A stretch of 58,930 nucleotides of DNA, the filler included. It is 5 parts of 5 records of this genome, joined end to end, with 100 filler letters (N's around TTAATTAATTAA, not from the genome) between each part and the next. Parts side by side here need not be neighbours in the genome. Positions count along the whole stretch, not along the records: positions 1 to 14,919 come from SRR22947725_784; 4 more parts are not named here. The stretch is one strand, 5' to 3'. The position numbers were made by a program, and so were the translations under genes. The notes under the pieces were generated by a model. That model had not been told where the DNA came from. It did no database searches and worked only from the letters and a program-made list of their open reading frames with translations. Numbering within the stretch: position 1 is the first letter of the stretch; every line of letters begins with the position of its first letter. Below, piece after piece: positions 1 to 7,877 of this stretch.

Positions 1-28
1 GTCGGGAGTTCGAATCTCTCATCGCCCA
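1..28 (+). tRNA. 3' fragment of a tRNA, probably tRNA-Val (truncated by window start)
   Basis: T-arm GGGAG-TTCGAAT-CTCTC followed by acceptor 3' strand ATCGCCC and discriminator A. A GGGCGAT/ATCGCCC acceptor is typical of Val; the anticodon is not visible. Confidence 0.75.
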
Positions 29-58
29 CTCGTCAATACATTAGTATTATACAGAGAG

Positions 59-88
59 AACAAGGGCTACTTCGGTAGTCCTTTTTTT
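59..88 (+). terminator. Intrinsic terminator / repeated hairpin, copy 1
   Basis: AAGGGCTAC-TTCG-GTAGTCC followed by T7, just downstream of the tRNA. Confidence 0.8.
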
Positions 89-152
89 ATCCTATTGGTA
101 CCTACAATAAAAATTCACTATGTTGATTAATAAGAAGAAAAAGGAGAATGAC

Positions 153-836
153 ATGAATGACAAAGAAAAGAAAGTCAGAAAGTTTTTATCTAAGCAGATA
201 CAACAGTTAAATAATATAGTAGCTGATTTGGATACAGTGATCACTGATATGGGCACTGAGTTTTATAGAGTAAGTATATTCGGTTCAGCAAGAATAAAGC
301 CGGACACAAAAGAATATAAGGAAGTATATATATTAGCTAAAGAATTGGCAGAGAGCGGTGCAGATATCGTTACTGGTGGAGGACCAGGCTTGATGGAAGC
401 TGCGAATGCAGGTGCCAAAGAAGGTAGTTCATCAAAATCAAAATCATACGGGCTTAGCATTGAGCTTCCTTTTGAAGATATTCCAAATAAACATGTAGAT
501 GTAAGATATCATCACAAAAGATTTTCTTCTCGTTTAGATGAGTTTCTCCGTATAAGTCATGCCGTTGTTGTTACCCCTGGAGGAATTGGTACGCTTCTTG
601 AATTATTATATACTTGGCAGTTGATTCAGGTAAACCATATTTCAGCAAGGCCAGTAATTCTAGTTGGTGATATGTGGAACGGTTTTCTGGACTGGGTTAA
701 ATCAGAACCATTACAAGCACAGTTAATGGATAAAGCTGATTTTGATAATATTATTATCGTAAAAGATGTTCACGAAGTAACTAAATTGCTCAAACCCGAG
801 ATAAAAAAATTCTATATAGAAAAGTTTAAATCTTAA
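153..836 (+). CDS. LOG family nucleotide phosphoribohydrolase (lysine decarboxylase-like Rossmann fold)
   Basis: SIFGSAR, TGGGPGLMEAANAGA and PGGIGTLLE motifs; AAGGAG RBS before ATG 153. Confidence 0.9.
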   Translation: MNDKEKKVRKFLSKQIQQLNNIVADLDTVITDMGTEFYRVSIFGSARIKPDTKEYKEVYILAKELAESGADIVTGGGPGLMEAANAGAKEGSSSKSKSYGLSIELPFEDIPNKHVDVRYHHKRFSSRLDEFLRISHAVVVTPGGIGTLLELLYTWQLIQVNHISARPVILVGDMWNGFLDWVKSEPLQAQLMDKADFDNIIIVKDVHEVTKLLKPEIKKFYIEKFKS

Positions 837-866
837 AAAAATAGGACTACTTCGGTAGCCTTTGTT
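835..866. repeat. Repeated hairpin, copy 2 (flanks inverted relative to copy 1); likely bidirectional terminator
   Basis: A7-T-AGGACTAC-TTCG-GTAGCCT-TTGTT. Confidence 0.75.
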
Positions 867-934
867 GTACCTATACTTACTCATCTATTACGCTTTATAG
901 CAAAAAAACAAATACAAATCAAACAAAGAATGTT

Positions 935-942
935 TAAATTTG
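935..942 (+). promoter_or_regulatory. Bacteroidetes-type -7 promoter element
   Basis: TAAATTTG matches TAnnTTTG, about 30 nt upstream of ATG 973. Confidence 0.45.
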
Positions 943-972
943 TAGATAATAAACATTAAAAGAGGGGGTAAA

Positions 973-1806
973 ATGAAAAAACTAATAACACTAATTGCTA
1001 TTCTATCATCATTTACGTTCGCACAATATAATTCAAATAGTACTGATAATACTGTTGTAATGTGGGGCAAATATAAATGGACAAATATGTCTGAAGTAGA
1101 CGGTGGTTCAGCTGCTGATAGAAACCAAGCTGTAAATACCTGGTATTCTAGAACAAACCAAGCAAACAAATTACTAAAGAGCAGTATGTTTCTGTATCAC
1201 TATTGGACAGGCGCTGTTGAAGATGTCCATATCGTAAACGAATATGCAAGCGTTGAAGATGCAACTGAAGCAATTAGAACTGCTGGTAAAATTCGTCAAA
1301 TAGCTTTTTCTGATCAAGAAGAAAGAAGAGCGGCATGGAATCATCAATCCAAATACTTTGAAAACTACCATGAAGATCTTCATATTTTTGAAAATCACGT
1401 AGCTCTTGAAAAGAAAAGAATTGGTGGATTTGGAGACTCAACTATTGTCACTGTGACTGTAGGATATTTTCAACCAATGGGTTTAGTTGAAAATGGATCT
1501 GCAGAAGAACGTTATAAATTATTGAAAAAATTCCAAAAAGAAGTAATTGCTAATAATCCTAAAATTGTTAGCCAAAAAATATTAACGCATCTTTGGTCAG
1601 GAAAAGTTGTTGATGGGTATTTCCCGGTCATCACTATTTCTGAATATAATTCAATGGAAGACGCAGATAATGCAGGTGATGATAATCCAGCATTGTTTGA
1701 AAAAGCATTCTCAGAAGAAGAAGGTGCAGCATATGCTAAGTATTGGGCACCAGGACGTCATGAAGACATTGGCTTGTTCAACAACTGGCTTGGAGCTAAT
1801 AAATAA
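973..1806 (+). CDS. Secreted protein with two tandem His-motif domains (possibly dimeric alpha-beta barrel/NIPSNAP-like); function unknown
   Basis: Signal peptide (..SFTFA|Q); repeats LYHYWTG..EYAS..HED and LTHLWSG..EYNS..HED; paralog at 10937-11773. Confidence 0.8.
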   Translation: MKKLITLIAILSSFTFAQYNSNSTDNTVVMWGKYKWTNMSEVDGGSAADRNQAVNTWYSRTNQANKLLKSSMFLYHYWTGAVEDVHIVNEYASVEDATEAIRTAGKIRQIAFSDQEERRAAWNHQSKYFENYHEDLHIFENHVALEKKRIGGFGDSTIVTVTVGYFQPMGLVENGSAEERYKLLKKFQKEVIANNPKIVSQKILTHLWSGKVVDGYFPVITISEYNSMEDADNAGDDNPALFEKAFSEEEGAAYAKYWAPGRHEDIGLFNNWLGANK

Positions 1807-1817
1807 TTACTATCTGT

Positions 1818-1850
1818 AAAAAGGGCTAGCACAATGTTAGCCCTTTTCTT
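1818..1850 (+). terminator. Intrinsic terminator
   Basis: AAAAGGGCTAGC-ACAAT-GTTAGCCCTTTT-CTT directly after the stop codon. Confidence 0.8.
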
Positions 1851-1932
1851 TATCTTATCTCGTGATAAAACCTAACAATAAAGATAAAAATTCTAAAAAA
1901 ATTCAAGTGCAATCTATGTTTAACAACAAAAT

Positions 1933-1959
1933 AAGGGCTACTTCGATAGTCCTTTTTTT
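1933..1959 (+). repeat. Repeated hairpin, copy 3 (degenerate)
   Basis: AAGGGCTAC-TTCG-ATAGTCC-T7; one substitution relative to copy 1. Confidence 0.75.
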
Positions 1960-1973
1960 GTAGATTTATAACA

Positions 1974-2801
1974 ATGAAATCATTTTTAACATCTCTTTTA
2001 ATGGTAAGTAATCTTTTTGCTCATGAACTAACCAAAGCTGACCAAGCTGAAATGGTTGATGGTGGTTTATTAGATTATATGTACTTAGGTGCTAAACATA
2101 TGGTCACTGGATATGACCATATTTTGTTTTTAATTGGAGTAATCTTTTTTCTAACTAAGCTTTCGGACATTGTCAAATTTGTTACTGCTTTTACCATCGG
2201 TCACAGTATCACCTTAATATTTGCAACATTTTATAAGGTGACAGCTAATTATTATTTAATCGATGCAGTTATTGCATTAAGTGTGATCTATAAAGGGTTT
2301 GAAAACTTAGATGGATTTAAGAAAGTCTTTAATAGAAATGCTCCAAATCTTATCATGATGGTATTATTTTTTGGTTTAATTCATGGCTTTGGACTTTCGA
2401 CTCGCTTACAACAATTACCGTTAAAGGATGAAAGCCTTTTACTCTCAATTATTTCCTTTAATGTTGGAGTTGAATTTGGACAAGTATTAGCTTTATTAAT
2501 TGCATTTCCTATCATACGAATCATTCAAAAGTCAAAAAATAATTTATTTTCTAAAGTAACTAATCTTGGCTTAGTCTTATGCGGGATAGGATTATTTATC
2601 TTTCAAATTACAGGATATATCGAAGATAAAAATCATGTAGATGAGCATCAGGAAATTCATACAGAATCTATTGAATCACCAGATACTCATATTCACGATG
2701 ATGGTGCTGCACATAAAGATCACAATTCAGTTAAGGAAGAATCTGCTAACCAAGAACCTGTTGGTCATAGCCATGATAGTGAAAACTATCATACTCATTA
2801 A
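1974..2801 (+). CDS. HupE/UreJ family membrane protein (putative Ni/Co permease) with His-rich C-terminal tail
   Basis: GAKHMVTGYDHILF, AFTIGHSITL, FGLIHGFGL and FNVGVEFGQ motifs; His/acidic tail. Confidence 0.88.
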   Translation: MKSFLTSLLMVSNLFAHELTKADQAEMVDGGLLDYMYLGAKHMVTGYDHILFLIGVIFFLTKLSDIVKFVTAFTIGHSITLIFATFYKVTANYYLIDAVIALSVIYKGFENLDGFKKVFNRNAPNLIMMVLFFGLIHGFGLSTRLQQLPLKDESLLLSIISFNVGVEFGQVLALLIAFPIIRIIQKSKNNLFSKVTNLGLVLCGIGLFIFQITGYIEDKNHVDEHQEIHTESIESPDTHIHDDGAAHKDHNSVKEESANQEPVGHSHDSENYHTH

Positions 2802-2888
2802 CAAAAATTATCCAATCATTGTCTCTGTATTATAGTAGTAATTTTTAAATTTTTTTTCTTAAATTTCTATTTAATTTAAAAGCACATT

Positions 2889-4088
2889 ATGTTTAAACAA
2901 TCTAGCCTAAATCTTACCTTAGTTTTTCTATTAGTCGCATGCTCTAGTGGCGGTTCCACTCAATCAGTTGAAGATGTTGGAGATGATACATCAGGGGGAA
3001 ATTCAGGGGGAGAAGTTATCATCCCAGAGCCTGTAGCAAGTTTTTCAATTTCATCAAACGGAGGAGAAGCTCCTATTGATGTTACCTTTACAAGTACATC
3101 AACTGGAGAAGTCAATTCATGGCTATGGAATGTTGATGATAACGCTGATATTGAAAGCACATATTCTTCATTTTCTCATAGATATGAAAATGAAGGAACA
3201 TATGATGTAACATTAACAGTTACAGGACCGGGAGGACAAGATGTATATACCCAAACTAATGCTATATCAATAACTGAGGCAGATACTTCTACTGAAACAG
3301 GTTTATTAAGTAAAACTATGTCTCATGATAACGAAACTAGAGAATACTTAATCTATATTCCGTCTAGCTATGACCCTAACTCAGTAACACCAGTCTTATT
3401 TGCCTTTCATGGCTTCGGTGGATACAACCAGTATTTTATAAATACTGCTGATTTTAGAGCTCTAGCAGATCAATTTAATTTCATTGCAGTTTATCCCCAA
3501 GGGCTTGTATGTAATGATGGTACTACATGGAATACTAATCCACCGGGTGGAGATAATAAATGTAGTCAGGATGATATAGGATTTTTTGCGGCTTTATTAT
3601 CTGAAATTTCTAGTAATTATACAATAGATTCTAATAGAGTGTTTTTAACTGGCTATTCAAATGGTGCTGATTTTTCATATTCTATGGCATGTTATCAAAG
3701 TTCATTGGTAACAGCAATTGCTCCTGTATCAGGATTGATGCCGATGGAAGATGCATCATCTGAATGTGCACCAAATCATCCTACTTCGGTAATGATCTTT
3801 AATGGAACCAATGACGGTAGTAGACCTTATAATGGCATTCAAGGGTATATGATGTCTGTAGATTCGACTGTTGCTTATTGGTCTCAGTATAATAATACAG
3901 ATTCGTCCCCTCAAACAAACGTAGTTGGCAATATTGAAAACTATGCTTACCTGAATGGGAATAATAATTCAACAGTCGACCTCTTTAAACTTGTTAATGG
4001 AGATCACGTCTGGTTTAATTTATCTTATAATGGAAATTCTATGGAGCAGTTAATGTGGAATTTCTTTTCACAACATTCTTCTGATTAG
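2889..4088 (+). CDS. Lipoprotein: PKD domain plus LpqC/PHB-depolymerase-like alpha/beta hydrolase
   Basis: LVAC lipobox; PKD (SWLWNVD..HRYENEGTYDVTLTV); FHG, AVYPQG, GYSNG nucleophile elbow, C-terminal GDHVW. Confidence 0.8.
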   Translation: MFKQSSLNLTLVFLLVACSSGGSTQSVEDVGDDTSGGNSGGEVIIPEPVASFSISSNGGEAPIDVTFTSTSTGEVNSWLWNVDDNADIESTYSSFSHRYENEGTYDVTLTVTGPGGQDVYTQTNAISITEADTSTETGLLSKTMSHDNETREYLIYIPSSYDPNSVTPVLFAFHGFGGYNQYFINTADFRALADQFNFIAVYPQGLVCNDGTTWNTNPPGGDNKCSQDDIGFFAALLSEISSNYTIDSNRVFLTGYSNGADFSYSMACYQSSLVTAIAPVSGLMPMEDASSECAPNHPTSVMIFNGTNDGSRPYNGIQGYMMSVDSTVAYWSQYNNTDSSPQTNVVGNIENYAYLNGNNNSTVDLFKLVNGDHVWFNLSYNGNSMEQLMWNFFSQHSSD

Positions 4089-4148
4089 TTAGGATACTAG
4101 TCAATTTGTTGTAAGTTCCCTCTTCTATGGTAATAACAAAATAATTAT

Positions 4149-5372
4149 ATGTCTTTCGATAAACTTGGTCTGAATGACCCTATTCTAAAAGCTCTTAAAC
4201 AGAAAGGTTACAAAGCACCTTCACCAATTCAAGCAAAAGCAATTCCTGCGATACTTGATAAAAGGGATGTAATGGCCGCAGCACAAACAGGTACTGGAAA
4301 AACAGCAAGTTTTATATTACCAATTCTACATATGCTATCAAATCCTAAGCATCAGTTTAAAGGAAATACACTCAGAGCATTAGTTGTGACACCTACTAGA
4401 GAACTAGCAGCCCAAGTGAGGGAAAGTGCTGTTACATATGGACGTAATCTTAATTTAAAATCTACAGCTATATACGGAGGAACCTCTGTTCGGAATCAAA
4501 AGAAAGTGTTAAGACAGGGTATTGATATTTTAGTTGCTACACCTGGTAGATTACTTGATTTATACAATCAAAAATCAATTGATTTTAGTAAAATTGAAAT
4601 TCTAGTGCTAGATGAAGCTGATCAAATGCTAGATATGGGTTTCATTAATGATATAAAAAAAATTATAAGACTCTTGCCAGATCGCAGACAAAATTTGATG
4701 TTTACAGCAACTTTCTCAGATCCATTTAGGGCATTAGCAAATAAATTTTCTTATAACCCAATAGAGATTTCAGTAACAAAAGATAATGAAACCGCTAAAA
4801 ATATTGAACACTACATTCACCCCGTGGAAACATCTAGAAAATCAGAATTATTGGTTCATCTTATTAAGAAAGAAAAATGGAAGCAAGCCTTGGTATTCAC
4901 CAGGACGAAGCACGGAGCTAATAGATTGACAAAAAAACTTATTCAAGCACATATCCCCTCAGTTGCTATTCATGGAAATAAAACACAAAATTATAGAACT
5001 AGAGCATTAGATGATTTTAAAAAGAATCGTGTGAGAATATTAGTTGCAACAGATGTAGCAGCGCGAGGTATAGATATTAAAAATATGAATCAGGTAATTA
5101 ATTTTGATCTTCCTACGGTCGCAAAAGACTATGTACATAGAATAGGCAGAACGGGAAGAGCTGGTGAGTCAGGAAAAGCAATATCATTTGTAAGTAGCGA
5201 GCAATTTGAATTATTAGATGCTATTCAAAAGCTTTTAAAACAAACCTTAGAGCAACATATTGTCGAAGGTTTTGAACCGAATAATCCAATAGCTAAAAGT
5301 AAATCTAAAGTTGGAAAAAAGCAGCGTCGCTTTAATAAGCAAAGTAGATTTAAAAAAAATAAACGAAAATAG
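4149..5372 (+). CDS. rhlE: DEAD-box ATP-dependent RNA helicase (RhlE-like)
   Basis: AQTGTGKT, PTRELA, TPGRL, DEAD, ARGID and HRIGRTGRAG motifs; basic tail. Confidence 0.9.
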   Translation: MSFDKLGLNDPILKALKQKGYKAPSPIQAKAIPAILDKRDVMAAAQTGTGKTASFILPILHMLSNPKHQFKGNTLRALVVTPTRELAAQVRESAVTYGRNLNLKSTAIYGGTSVRNQKKVLRQGIDILVATPGRLLDLYNQKSIDFSKIEILVLDEADQMLDMGFINDIKKIIRLLPDRRQNLMFTATFSDPFRALANKFSYNPIEISVTKDNETAKNIEHYIHPVETSRKSELLVHLIKKEKWKQALVFTRTKHGANRLTKKLIQAHIPSVAIHGNKTQNYRTRALDDFKKNRVRILVATDVAARGIDIKNMNQVINFDLPTVAKDYVHRIGRTGRAGESGKAISFVSSEQFELLDAIQKLLKQTLEQHIVEGFEPNNPIAKSKSKVGKKQRRFNKQSRFKKNKRK

Positions 5373-5458
5373 TTATATCAAATTAGCAAACAACTTCAAT
5401 TAATTTTTCCTAAGTTATGTATAGATCATGCTATTCATTTAGCAAATAAAACGGAGAG

Positions 5459-6019
5459 GTGATGTTGCGTTCAAGAAAAAACTTTATTTTTATTCTAATA
5501 TCTTTATTATTTAATACGTTTATTTTTGCTCAAAATGTTACCATTATTCAGCCATCTAAAAATATTGGTATTGATAATTGGAATATTGTCAACGACGGTG
5601 TAATGGGAGGAATATCTCAATCATCAATCTATCTTAACGAAGCCAATAATATTAAGTTTGTAGGAAATGTTTCTCTTGAAAATAATGGAGGATTTGCTTC
5701 CTGTAGAATGGGATATAATGGAAGCCAATTAAAGGGCAGTACAAAGTTTTTATTACGCGTTAAAGGAGATGGAAATATTTATAAACTGCGCTTCAGAATC
5801 AATGGAAGTTATGCTAATTATTCAGCAGATTTTTCTACTATCAAAGATGAGTGGGTTGATATAGAAATTCCTATTGAAGATTTCAAGCCGTACTATTTTG
5901 GAAGAAAAACTGGAGCTCCTCGATTCAAGATTCACAAAATAAATTCTATAGGCATACTTATTTCTGATAAGCAATCAGGAAGCTTTTCCTTAGAAGTTGA
6001 ACATCTAAAAGCCTTATAA
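5459..6019 (+). CDS. CIA30 family protein (predicted secreted)
   Basis: [29 protein letters not shown]. Confidence 0.88.
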   Translation: MMLRSRKNFIFILISLLFNTFIFAQNVTIIQPSKNIGIDNWNIVNDGVMGGISQSSIYLNEANNIKFVGNVSLENNGGFASCRMGYNGSQLKGSTKFLLRVKGDGNIYKLRFRINGSYANYSADFSTIKDEWVDIEIPIEDFKPYYFGRKTGAPRFKIHKINSIGILISDKQSGSFSLEVEHLKAL

Positions 6020-6159
6020 AGAAAAAAGAACATCTTCCGACAAAGATTTGTCCAACATGTAATTTATCTTTTACCTGGAGGAAAAAATGGAAAAAGAATT
6101 GGGAGCTTGTAAGATATTGTAGTGAGAGATGCAGAAGAAATAAGCATAAAACTATTTAA
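6016..6159 (+). CDS. DUF2256 small Cys-rich protein (missed by ORF track; only an ATA start is available)
   Basis: Manual translation (I/M)[46 protein letters not shown] matches the CPxC..WRKKW..YCSERCR signature. Confidence 0.8.
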   Translation: MKKKEHLPTKICPTCNLSFTWRKKWKKNWELVRYCSERCRRNKHKTI

Positions 6160-6234
6160 TTCTTCAAAATAGAAATTTTTTTACTAATAATTTCTACAAT
6201 AGTGTTAGTCAATTTTTTTTTAGTATATTATTTA

Positions 6235-7179
6235 ATGAAAAAAACAGCCATCATTGCTCTTGGAGGAAATGCACTTTCTCAAAAGAAAGAAGCAGGAACT
6301 ATGTCAGAGCAGTTCAATAATACTCGCAATTCCTTTCAGCAAATTATGGAATTCATTCGAGAAGATTATAATATTTGTCTTACTCATGGAAATGGGCCTC
6401 AAGTTGGGGATGAATTATTACGCATGGATCTTACTCGCGATGTGGTTCCACCTATCCCGTTAGGCATTTGTGTAGCAGGTACTCAAGGAACGATTGGATA
6501 TATGATTCAACAAACATTTCAAAACGCCTTAAGAGAGGAAAATATCGATAAGGAAGTGGTTACTATGGTAACTCAAGTGATTGTCAATAAAGATGATCCT
6601 TCATTTCAAAATCCTACAAAATTTGTTGGTAAACGTTATTCATTTAAAGAAGCTGAAGAGTTAGCTAGAAATATGGGTTGGGATATAAAAGAGCAAGAAC
6701 CAGGTCAATGGCGACGCGTAGTCCCATCACCTGATCCAGAATTTGTAATGCATGGTCATAGTATTCGTACACTAGTAGAGTCTGGTACTATAGTCATTGC
6801 TGCAGGTGGAGGCGGAATTCCTGTCTATAACACCGAAGACAATAAATTAAAAGGTATCGACTCAGTTGTTGATAAAGATTTAAGTGCAGCAAAATTAGGA
6901 AGAGTTATTCGAGCGCAAGAATACTATATCATTACAGATATTGATCAAGTATATAAAAATTTTAATACGCCAGAGCAATCACCAATCCGTCAAATGACAG
7001 ATAAAGAAGCAAAAAAACTTCAAGATGATGGACATTTTCAACAAGGAAGTATGTGGCCAAAAATTCGATCAGCTATTCATTTCTTAAAGCATCATGGTGA
7101 AAAAGCAGTTATTACTAATATTGCTAATATTCAAAAAGCAATTGAAGGAAAAGCAGGCACAACTATCATTAAAGAATAA
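6235..7179 (+). CDS. arcC: Carbamate kinase
   Basis: ALGGNAL, THGNGPQVG, NPTKFVG, WRRVVPSP, AGGGGIPV, VDKD, GSMWPK. Confidence 0.93.
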   Translation: MKKTAIIALGGNALSQKKEAGTMSEQFNNTRNSFQQIMEFIREDYNICLTHGNGPQVGDELLRMDLTRDVVPPIPLGICVAGTQGTIGYMIQQTFQNALREENIDKEVVTMVTQVIVNKDDPSFQNPTKFVGKRYSFKEAEELARNMGWDIKEQEPGQWRRVVPSPDPEFVMHGHSIRTLVESGTIVIAAGGGGIPVYNTEDNKLKGIDSVVDKDLSAAKLGRVIRAQEYYIITDIDQVYKNFNTPEQSPIRQMTDKEAKKLQDDGHFQQGSMWPKIRSAIHFLKHHGEKAVITNIANIQKAIEGKAGTTIIKE

Positions 7180-7728
7180 ATGATTTCACTTACTGCTAAT
7201 CAAATCATGTGGACCGCTTTTATTATTGGTTCATCTTCTCCTATCATCTTTTTTTTGTTGTATAAAATGGGATATGTATCCAAAAAAATTATCACATTAT
7301 TTATTATTGGAATATGTGTTGGATTAACTTGGGAAATCCCTTTTGCATTGGCAGGAGATTCATTCCATTTAATTTTAGTAGATTGGCCTATTGATCTTCC
7401 CTTAGTTCGCAATATTAATTATGCTTTTTTAGACAGTCTCATTTTTCTAATTGGTATTTTTTTATGTAATACCATTCTAAAAAGTGATAGCTATCTTTAT
7501 ACCTTTAACAGTAATGCACTTTTAATAATGATTATATGGGGAAGTATCTCAGAATTTCTAGTTGATTTAAATTGCAGTGGAAAATTATGGGTTTTTTTAG
7601 AAAACTGGTATAACCCAGTTTTTATAACAATTAATGGAAACAATTTGACAATTCTTCCTCAACTCATTTGGCTAGTTGCCCCGATAGTATATTATTTTGC
7701 AGTTTTAAGAATATTCAAAAAATCATAA
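7180..7728 (+). CDS. Integral membrane protein of unknown function
   Basis: About 5 hydrophobic segments; ATG abuts the arcC stop. Confidence 0.7.
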   Translation: MISLTANQIMWTAFIIGSSSPIIFFLLYKMGYVSKKIITLFIIGICVGLTWEIPFALAGDSFHLILVDWPIDLPLVRNINYAFLDSLIFLIGIFLCNTILKSDSYLYTFNSNALLIMIIWGSISEFLVDLNCSGKLWVFLENWYNPVFITINGNNLTILPQLIWLVAPIVYYFAVLRIFKKS

Positions 7729-7773
7729 CTTCTCATATACAAGATTAGTAGTAAAAATTAAGATGACTAATAT

Positions 7774-7869
7774 TTAGAATGCTAATGAAATTAATAGTAC
7801 AGTAAATATGATTAGCCAAGCAGTTAAAAGGAATACGATAATTCTTATAGAGGGCTCTTCTTTTTTCAT
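7774..7869 (-). CDS. 31-aa single-pass membrane peptide (missed by ORF track)
   Basis: MKKEEPSIRIIVFLLTAWLIIFTVLLISLAF*; ATG 8 nt after the NPP stop. Confidence 0.55.
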   Translation of the reverse strand: MKKEEPSIRIIVFLLTAWLIIFTVLLISLAF

Positions 7870-7877
7870 TAACTATC

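Noticed and set aside
59-1959. Hairpin repeats as a CRISPR array or integron attC sites
   Set aside because: Spacing is gene-sized and irregular, there are no cas or intI genes, and no RYYYAAC/GTTRRRY attC ends are apparent
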